The notes under the pieces are model-generated. The model was given only the letters and a program-made list of their open reading frames with translations, did no database searches and had not been told where the DNA came from. From an uncultured Gammaproteobacteria bacterium (GTDB lineage Bacteria; Patescibacteriota; Patescibacteriia; VMEV01; CAZAJQ01), in the NCBI GenBank assembly GCA_964485795.1, contig CAZAJQ010000003.1, positions 68,940 to 132,939 on the forward strand: a stretch of 64,000 bases of DNA, written 5' to 3'. This document shows, piece by piece, positions 57,960 to 64,000 of the stretch. Position 1 is the stretch's first letter. Each line of letters begins with the position of its first letter. The translations under genes and the position numbers were made by a program.

Positions 57960-58760
57960 ATGAAACATCGAAACATGTGGCTCGTAGCCAATTGGAAAAT
58001 GTATCTTGCATTGCCGGAAGCAAAGCTGTTGGCTCGCGTGATAACAAAAGACTCGGAATTGCGAAAAATGACCGGTGTCAGCATGGTGGTCTGTCCGGAT
58101 TTTTTGGCATTGTCCGACATGCCTCGGCGGACGTTTTTTTCCTTCGGGTCGCAGGACGTTTTTTTTGAAAAAAGAGGAGCGTACACCGGATCCATCAGCG
58201 GTGAAGATCTCGTTTCCTTGGGAGTTCGGTATGCCATTATCGGGCATTCGGAGAAAAAACAATATGGATGCGAGACCGATGAGGCGATACAAAAGAAAAT
58301 CAAACGGTGTCTTGAATGCGGGTTGACCCCCATCGTTTGCGTGGGCGAAAACATGAAGCAAAGGCAATCGGGAAAGAGCCAGGAGGTGATAGAAAACCAA
58401 TTGACAATGGCCTTTCAAAAGATTACAATATCCGCATTTCAAAAAATATTGATCGCTTATGAGCCGGTATGGGCCATCAGTCATGGAGATGGGGAGCAGC
58501 ATGATGCGCTGGATGCAAAAGAGGCGGATAGCATGGCTCACCATATCAGAGAATTTTTTGAGAAAAAATTTTCCGTTCAAAATGGCTTTATTGATGTACT
58601 GTATGGAGGCAGTGTGTCGGAGAGCAATATTGCGGCGTTTCTTGAAACTCAAAATTTGGACGGTGTGCTCTTGGGAAGCGCCGGAACAGACTTTTCCGCA
58701 CTAAAACGCATCTGTCTTTTCATCGAAGAGGCGTCCAAGCAAAGGGCGGCAACCATATAA
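57960..58760 (+). CDS. tpiA: Triosephosphate isomerase
   Basis: WLVANWKMY and IIGHSEKK. The Glu-loop region (AYEPVWAISHGDG) has a non-canonical insertion (see findings). There is a terminal GGS...L motif. Confidence 0.85.
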   Translation: MKHRNMWLVANWKMYLALPEAKLLARVITKDSELRKMTGVSMVVCPDFLALSDMPRRTFFSFGSQDVFFEKRGAYTGSISGEDLVSLGVRYAIIGHSEKKQYGCETDEAIQKKIKRCLECGLTPIVCVGENMKQRQSGKSQEVIENQLTMAFQKITISAFQKILIAYEPVWAISHGDGEQHDALDAKEADSMAHHIREFFEKKFSVQNGFIDVLYGGSVSESNIAAFLETQNLDGVLLGSAGTDFSALKRICLFIEEASKQRAATI

Positions 58761-58768
58761 GTTACATT

Positions 58769-59656
58769 ATGCTTTTTAATATCATTCCCCTTGTCATCAT
58801 CGCATTGAGCTGTTGTATTTCAGTTTTTATCATCGTCAGAAAATTTCCGGAAATCACCGCCATTGATGTCGAGACATTGCCGGAAGAGCAGCAAAAAGCC
58901 GTTAAAGAGAGAATCATTCAACGCAGGATTCGTAAATACATCGCTTCGGTTTCATCGTTTTTGAAAATGTTGATAGCTCCGTTTGGAAGGTTTGTAAAAA
59001 AAATTTCTGCAAAATTTTACCGAAGGGTTTTGGAATTGGAAAAAGTCTATGTATCTCCAAAAAGGCACGGTAAGCCGGGGATGAAAGATGATGCGGAAAT
59101 TCAGATCCAAAAAATGCTTACGGAGGCGAAAGAGTTGATCGCCGAGGAAAAGTGGAGCGACGCGGAAAAAAAGTATATTGAGATCATCAGCTGGGACAAT
59201 AAAAATTATGAGGCGTACCAAGGGTTGTCGGATCTCTATGTCCAGCAAAAGGAATATGTGCAGGCCAAAGAAACGTTGGAATACATGCTGAAGCTTTCCG
59301 GAGAGCAGGAAAAGGCGTATACAAGGCTAGCGTTTATCGCCAAGGAGCAGGGCGATTTGAAAACCGCGGAAGAGGATTATCTCCATTCATTGCAGATCAA
59401 TGAAAATTCGTCGGATACGTTTTTTTCGCTCGGAGAAGTGTATGAGGCCATGGACGAAAAGGAGAAAGCGTTTGCGAATTTTTCAAAGGCTGTGGATATG
59501 GAAAAAAACAATCCGAAATATCTCGATAAGATCATTGATATGTGCATGATGCTGAAGAAAAAAAGTGAAGCGAGGGAATATTTGAAAAAGCTCAAGAGCG
59601 TGAATCCTGAAAATCAAAAAATAAAATATTACGCGGCAAAGATAAAGGAGATTTGA
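58769..59656 (+). CDS. TPR-repeat protein with an N-terminal TM anchor
   Basis: N-terminal TM helix (LFNIIPLVIIALSCCISVFII), then 4-5 TPR-like repeats (AYQGLSDLYVQQKEYVQAKETLEYMLKL..., AYTRLAFIAKEQGDLKTAEEDYLHSLQI...). Confidence 0.5.
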   Translation: MLFNIIPLVIIALSCCISVFIIVRKFPEITAIDVETLPEEQQKAVKERIIQRRIRKYIASVSSFLKMLIAPFGRFVKKISAKFYRRVLELEKVYVSPKRHGKPGMKDDAEIQIQKMLTEAKELIAEEKWSDAEKKYIEIISWDNKNYEAYQGLSDLYVQQKEYVQAKETLEYMLKLSGEQEKAYTRLAFIAKEQGDLKTAEEDYLHSLQINENSSDTFFSLGEVYEAMDEKEKAFANFSKAVDMEKNNPKYLDKIIDMCMMLKKKSEAREYLKKLKSVNPENQKIKYYAAKIKEI

Positions 59657-59703
59657 GAATCGGAAAAAGAGCGGGCGGGTCAGGAAGTGAAAGCTATAAA
59701 AAT

Positions 59704-59776
59704 TGCCGATGTAGCTCAGTTGGTAGAGCATTTCCATGGTAAGGAAAAGGTCACCGGTTCAATTCCGGTCATCGGC
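59704..59776 (+). tRNA. tRNA-Thr (anticodon GGT)
   Basis: Acceptor GCCGATG/CATCGGC, D-arm gctcAGTTGGTAGagc, anticodon arm tttcc-aTGGTaa-ggaaa, T-arm caccgGTTCAATTccggt. Confidence 0.85.
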
Positions 59777-59839
59777 TGTGGAGGGATCCTCCATACATCA
59801 TAGAAACGAGACTCTAGATTCTAGAGTCAAGTCTACTGT

Positions 59840-59913
59840 CGGGGTATGGCCTAATTGGCTATGGCGCACGCTTCGGGTGCGTGAGGTTCTGGGTTCGAGT
59901 CCCAGTACCCCGA
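59840..59913 (+). tRNA. tRNA-Pro (anticodon CGG)
   Basis: Acceptor CGGGGTA/TACCCCG with C1:G72 (bacterial tRNA-Pro identity), anticodon arm cacgc-ttCGGgt-gcgtg, T-arm ctgggTTCGAGTcccag. Confidence 0.8.
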
Positions 59914-60049
59914 AAATTTTTCATGAACAATTTTCTCTTCATTTTTCTTTCATAATCTTTTTTTCATCGATGTGTTCACTGATGAATTTTTATTGTAGAA
60001 AAGAGATTGAGAAATTAGGAATTCGAAAAGAGGGACAAAAAAGAAACAT

Positions 60050-60123
60050 CGGGGATTGGCGCAGATGGCTAGCGCGCTTGCATGGGGTGCAAGAGGTCAC
60101 CAGTTCGAGTCTGGTATCCCCGA
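60050..60123 (+). tRNA. tRNA-Pro (anticodon GGG)
   Basis: Acceptor CGGGGAT/ATCCCCG with C1:G72, D-arm gcgcAGATGGCTAgcgc, anticodon arm cttgc-aTGGGgt-gcaag, T-arm caccaGTTCGAGTctggt. A hairpin follows (agtccgcc-tttg-gcgggact, 60124-60143). Confidence 0.8.
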
Positions 60124-60179
60124 CCAGTCCGCCTTTGGCGGGACTAGACTCTAGATTCTAGAATCTAGTATTTGGAATT

Positions 60180-60528
60180 ATGTTCGACTTTGAAAAACTC
60201 ATTGCTTATCAAAAAGCTAGAGATGTAAATAAGAAAATTCAGAAACTTTTAGTTAATAGAAAAAACAATTCGTTTTTTTAAGAGATCAAATTTATCGAGC
60301 ATCTGTCAGCATGGTGATCAATAGAGCCGAAGGGACAGGTAAATTTTCAAAAACGATCGTAAAAATTTTTACGTGAGCTTACGTGGTTAAGTATTCGAAT
60401 GCGCTCCCTTATGAGAAATGCTTCACGATGAAAATGTAATGACCAATATAGACCTCAATGCTTTTAAATCGGACTTGGAAGAAGTTTCTCGCTTATTATC
60501 CGGATTAATAAACAGTTTTACAAACTAA
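60180..60528 (+). pseudogene. Frameshifted remnant of a four-helix-bundle protein (23S rRNA intervening-sequence protein family, PF05635-like)
   Basis: Three frames together spell a family-typical protein. MFDFEKLIAYQKARDVNKKIQKLLVNRKNNSFF* (frame a, stops after a T8 run). ...RDQIYRASVSMVINRAEGTGKFSKTIVKIFT* (frame b) matches the QIRRAA.SI.SNIAEG.GR.S.KEF core. ...MTNIDLNAFKSDLEEVSRLLSGLINSFTN* (frame c) is the C-terminal helix. At least two frameshifts, one at a homopolymer. Confidence 0.5.
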
Positions 60529-60570
60529 ACGAGAATCAAGATTCCGGTTCCTCGTATTCCTCAAATACCC

Positions 60571-61131
60571 ATGTCCTCAACCGTCATCATTATCACCGGA
60601 CTTCCGGCTTCCGGGAAAACGACCATTGGGAAAAAACTTTCCGAGCATTTTCGGCTGCCGATGTTTTCAAAAGACATGATCAAGGAGCTTATCTTTGATG
60701 GCTTCGGCTCTGCCGACCGGGAATTTTCCAAGAAAGTCGGATGTGCCGCGTATGATTTGATGCATCGTTTTTTGGAAGAATTTTTGAAATGCGATCTTTC
60801 ATGTATTCTTGAAAGTAATTTTACAGCTTGCAACGACAATGAGATTTTTAAGAAACTTGAGGAAAAATATTCGCCGAAATTCATCCAGATTTTTTGTTTT
60901 GCCGATGGAAAAGTGCTGTTTGAAAGGTTTCAATCGCGGGTCGAATCCGGTGAGCGTCACCCGGGTCATCAGGATGCGAATAACACGGAGGAATTTCAAA
61001 GAATATTATACAAAGGAAAAAGTGAGCCATTGGATGTGGAAAGTCGCCTGATTGAAGTGAATACCACACATTTTAACACGCTCAATTTTGATGATGTGAT
61101 TTCCCGGGTCGAGCAGCTCATCAAGGGTTGA
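60571..61131 (+). CDS. P-loop NTPase / putative small-molecule kinase (AAA_33-like)
   Basis: Walker A at the N-terminus (VIIITGLPASGKTTIGKKL) and 186 aa, resembling gluconokinase or zeta-toxin-like kinases. No further specificity is assignable. Confidence 0.5.
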   Translation: MSSTVIIITGLPASGKTTIGKKLSEHFRLPMFSKDMIKELIFDGFGSADREFSKKVGCAAYDLMHRFLEEFLKCDLSCILESNFTACNDNEIFKKLEEKYSPKFIQIFCFADGKVLFERFQSRVESGERHPGHQDANNTEEFQRILYKGKSEPLDVESRLIEVNTTHFNTLNFDDVISRVEQLIKG

Positions 61132-61233
61132 TGCCATTGATGTTTTTATTCACGCTAAAACGCCTGTGTGGGCGTTTTTATAAATACTCATTTCATGTGG
61201 AATATGATACTCTTGTTGGAATAAAGAACAGCT

Positions 61234-62886
61234 ATGAAGGCGTCTGACATTTTTATACAAGCGCTGGAAAACGAAGGAGTGAAGCATATTTTCGGAGTTC
61301 CTGGTGAAGAAACTTTGGATCTTTTGGATTCCATTCGGAAGTCAAAGATCGATTTTATCGTCACAAGGCATGAACAAACGGCCGGATTCATGGCGGCCAA
61401 TATCGGACGATTGTCCGGACATCCGGGAGTATGCATATCCACCTTGGGTCCGGGTGCCACGAATCTCGTGACGCCGGCTGCGTATGCGCAGCTTGGAGCC
61501 ATGCCCATGATCATGATCACGGGTCAAAAGCCGCTTCAAAAAAGCAAACAAGGTCACTTTCAGATCATCGATGCCGTGGACATCATGAAGCCGGTGACAA
61601 AGTTCACGAGTCAAGTCACCTATGCCGAGAAGATTCCTTCGTTGGTTCGCGAGGCGTTTCGCATCGCGGCGGAAGAAAGACCGGGCGCCGTGCATCTTGA
61701 GCTTCCCGAAGACGTGGCCAAACAAGACATTGTCGCCGAGGTGTTTCCGGTCAATGGAGTACGCAGGCCGATCGCCGAAGAAAAGGCCATCGCAAAGGCA
61801 ACGAATATGATCGCATCGGCGAAGCGTCCCTTGCTTTTGATAGGCGCCGGAGCCAATCGCAAGCTTACTTCGAAAATGCTTCATGAGTTTGTGAATTCCA
61901 TGGCAATACCTTTTTTCACGACGCAGATGGGCAAGGGCGTTGTTGATGAGCGTCATCCGCTTTTTCTCGGAACAGCGGCAATATCCGGCGGCGATTTGCT
62001 GCACGAGGCGGTGGCGGCATCCGACCTTATCATCAATGTCGGGCATGACGTGATCGAAAAGCCTCCATTTATCATGAAAAAAGATGGATTTCAAGTCATC
62101 CATATTCATTTTTTTTCGGCCAAAGTGGATGATATTTACTTTCCTCAGCATGAAGTCGTGGGGGATATAGCCAATGCTCTTTGGCAAATAATGCAAAAAC
62201 TCGAAAAACAAAAACACTGGGATTTTTCTTTTTTCCGACATGTAAAAGCGACTTTGGCGAGGCACGATAAAGGTCGTGAAAACTTTCAAACCTACCCGGT
62301 GTCACCGCAATGCTTGGTATCGATGTTGCGAAAAGCGATGCCCCAAGACGGGATTTTGGCGCTTGATAACGGCATGTACAAGCTCTATGTCGCGAGGAAT
62401 TATCCCGCGTATCATCCCAATACCGTGATGCTGGACAATGCTTTGGCCACCATGGGAGCGGGGCTTGCCGGCGGTATGGCCGCAAGACTCATTCATCCCG
62501 ATAAAAAAATTTTGGTTTTGTGCGGTGACGGAGGGTTTCTCATGTCGCTCGCTGATCTCGAAACCTGTGTCCGCATGAACATGGATATTGTCGTGCTCAT
62601 CGTCCGCGACGATGGATATGGTATGATTTCTTGGAAGCAGGAAGGCATGGGGTTGCAAAGATTCGGACTCGATTTTCAGAATCCCGATTTTGTAAAGCTC
62701 GCCGAAAGTTTTGGGGCATCGGGATATCGAGCGGAAAGCGTCAAGGATATCGAAAAACTTTTGAAACAATGTTTATCATCCAAAGGTGTCCATGTCATCG
62801 AGGTTCGGATCGATTACTCGGGAAATGAGCGTTATTTCGGGCAAGATTTGAAAGATGCCGTTTTACGCATGAAGAGTGAAAAATAA
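61234..62886 (+). CDS. Thiamine-pyrophosphate enzyme, acetolactate synthase large-subunit family (AlsS/IlvB-like)
   Basis: N-terminal TPP-pyrimidine domain (IFGVPGEETLDLLDSI...HEQTAGFMAANIGRLSGHPGVCISTLGPGATNLVT) and a C-terminal TPP-binding motif (LCGDGGFLMSLADLETCVRMNMDIVVLIV). 550 aa. Confidence 0.8.
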   Translation: MKASDIFIQALENEGVKHIFGVPGEETLDLLDSIRKSKIDFIVTRHEQTAGFMAANIGRLSGHPGVCISTLGPGATNLVTPAAYAQLGAMPMIMITGQKPLQKSKQGHFQIIDAVDIMKPVTKFTSQVTYAEKIPSLVREAFRIAAEERPGAVHLELPEDVAKQDIVAEVFPVNGVRRPIAEEKAIAKATNMIASAKRPLLLIGAGANRKLTSKMLHEFVNSMAIPFFTTQMGKGVVDERHPLFLGTAAISGGDLLHEAVAASDLIINVGHDVIEKPPFIMKKDGFQVIHIHFFSAKVDDIYFPQHEVVGDIANALWQIMQKLEKQKHWDFSFFRHVKATLARHDKGRENFQTYPVSPQCLVSMLRKAMPQDGILALDNGMYKLYVARNYPAYHPNTVMLDNALATMGAGLAGGMAARLIHPDKKILVLCGDGGFLMSLADLETCVRMNMDIVVLIVRDDGYGMISWKQEGMGLQRFGLDFQNPDFVKLAESFGASGYRAESVKDIEKLLKQCLSSKGVHVIEVRIDYSGNERYFGQDLKDAVLRMKSEK

Positions 62887-62949
62887 GCGTATGAATTTCA
62901 ATGCGTCGATGGTTTTTTCAAAAAAAGTACATGGAATTATTGAGAATTG

Positions 62950-64000
62950 ATGAAACCCTATCAAGCTATGCCATTGATTTCGATCAATCCATTCACCGAA
63001 GAAATATTGCAAACCTATGAGGAGGATGATGCGACGGTATTGGAACAAAAATTGGCCGCAGCAAAGAAATCATTTTTGCAATGGAGCATGGCTGGATATG
63101 AAGAAAGGGCGCGGTGGATGTTTGCCTTGGGAGAACTTTTTCGAAATCGTTCCGATGCGTACGGAAAAATCATGACCGCTGAAATGGGAAAACCGATCGT
63201 ACAGGCAAGAGCCGAAGTGGAAAAATGCGCATGGGTGTGCGATTACTATGCCGCTCATTGCGGCGCCATGCTTGAGCCGGAGGCGGTCAAGACCGAAGGG
63301 AAGAAAAGCTATGTGCGATTTGATCCCCTTGGCATTGTCCTTGCTATCATGCCGTGGAATTTCCCGTTTTGGCAAGTGATGCGTTTTGCGGCTCCGGCGA
63401 TCATCGGAGGCAATGTCGGCATATTGAAGCATTCGTCCAATGTGCAGGGTTGCGCTGATGCCATCAATGAAGCTTTTCTTGATGCCGGATTTCCGGAAGG
63501 GATTTTTCAAAATCTCCGAGCGTCTTCTTCTGCTATCGAAAAAATCATCGCCGATGATCGTGTCAAAGCCGTGACTTTGACGGGCAGCGAAAAGGCAGGG
63601 CAGGCGGTAGCGATGCATGGCGGAAAATATTTGAAAAAGACCGTGCTAGAGCTCGGCGGAAGCGACCCGTTCATAGTCTTACGGGATGCCGACCTTGAGA
63701 TGGCCTCACAAGTAGCCGTCATGGCACGACTGCAAAATTGCGGACAAAGTTGCATAGCCGCAAAAAGATTTATCGTCGAAAAATCCGTTGCGGACGTTTT
63801 TTTGAAAAACATCATCGATCATTACGGAAAAATCATCATGGGGGATCCCATGGATGAAAAAACGATGATGGGGCCACTGATAAACGAAGCCTCTCGAAAG
63901 GAAATAGAGCGTCAGGTGCAAACATCCGTCAAGCATGGAGCGCGCGTCGTTTTCGGCGGGAAACGAAGAGAGGGAAAGGGGTTTTTTTATGAGCCGACGA
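62950..64000 (+). CDS. NAD(P)-dependent aldehyde dehydrogenase (SSADH-like), 3' end outside the window
   Basis: The ATG at 62950 opens a frame that reaches the window end. It is not in the ORF track. Translation includes IMPWNFPFWQV, the catalytic Glu motif (TVLELGGSDPFIV) and the catalytic Cys motif (LQNCGQSCIAAKRFIV). Confidence 0.75.
   Translation, partial: MKPYQAMPLISINPFTEEILQTYEEDDATVLEQKLAAAKKSFLQWSMAGYEERARWMFALGELFRNRSDAYGKIMTAEMGKPIVQARAEVEKCAWVCDYYAAHCGAMLEPEAVKTEGKKSYVRFDPLGIVLAIMPWNFPFWQVMRFAAPAIIGGNVGILKHSSNVQGCADAINEAFLDAGFPEGIFQNLRASSSAIEKIIADDRVKAVTLTGSEKAGQAVAMHGGKYLKKTVLELGGSDPFIVLRDADLEMASQVAVMARLQNCGQSCIAAKRFIVEKSVADVFLKNIIDHYGKIIMGDPMDEKTMMGPLINEASRKEIERQVQTSVKHGARVVFGGKRREGKGFFYEPT

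Noticed and set aside
57933-58652. 239-aa minus-strand ORF
   Set aside because: Antisense to tpiA. Shadow ORF.
61342-62289. 315-aa minus-strand ORF
   Set aside because: Antisense to the acetolactate-synthase-family gene. Shadow ORF.
63070-63815. Minus-strand ORFs of 182 and 102 aa near the window end
   Set aside because: Antisense to the plus-strand aldehyde dehydrogenase reading frame, which has clear ALDH catalytic motifs.

Overview
The window is a gene-dense stretch of a small, low-GC bacterial genome, probably a CPR/Patescibacteria-type organism. That assignment is an inference from the absence of rpmD (L30) between rpsE and rplO, the K/E-rich extensions on S6, L23 and L22, and the compact str/S10/spc ribosomal operons. 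Nearly all of it is conserved core genes:

- **Replication, repair, segregation:** rpoC 3' end, ftsK, a RodZ-like gene, recA, ruvX, recO, scpA/scpB.
- **Translation:** rpsF-ssb-rpsR, ychF, prfB with its programmed +1 frameshift, rpmB, rpsL-rpsG-fusA-(small ORF)-tuf, rpsJ through rplO, secY-adk-map, tandem asnS/aspS-like class IIb synthetases, and two tRNA clusters (Ala-Ala-Val and Thr-Pro-Pro).
- **Metabolism and envelope:** folD, glyA, a PMM/PGM, murI, pyk, a GalE-like epimerase, mgtE, an M50 site-2 protease, a DacA-like carboxypeptidase, tpiA, an AlsS-like TPP enzyme and an aldehyde dehydrogenase that runs off the window end.

The most interesting locus is a bacterial Elp3 homologue (radical-SAM plus GNAT) divergently paired with a Trm9-like SAM methyltransferase. 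This is the eukaryote/archaeal (m)cm5U34 tRNA-modification gene set appearing in a bacterium. Next to it, a COG1373/DUF4143 AAA+ ATPase gene with its own promoter sits between 72-bp direct repeats that duplicate the 3' end of elp3, which looks like an insertion footprint. Upstream of that is a small accessory patch of lipoprotein and membrane-protein genes with no recognisable family, one of which carries an HEXXH motif.

Other features the ORF track does not explain:

- a block of two perfect long palindromes plus a 16-bp tandem repeat (about 4 copies) between fxsA and folD;
- a TCTAGA-rich palindromic element that recurs next to tRNA genes in both clusters;
- a frameshifted four-helix-bundle (23S-IVS-family) pseudogene beside tRNA-Pro;
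- several promoter, terminator and attenuator candidates.

All calls rest on reading the translations and the DNA by eye; no database search was run.
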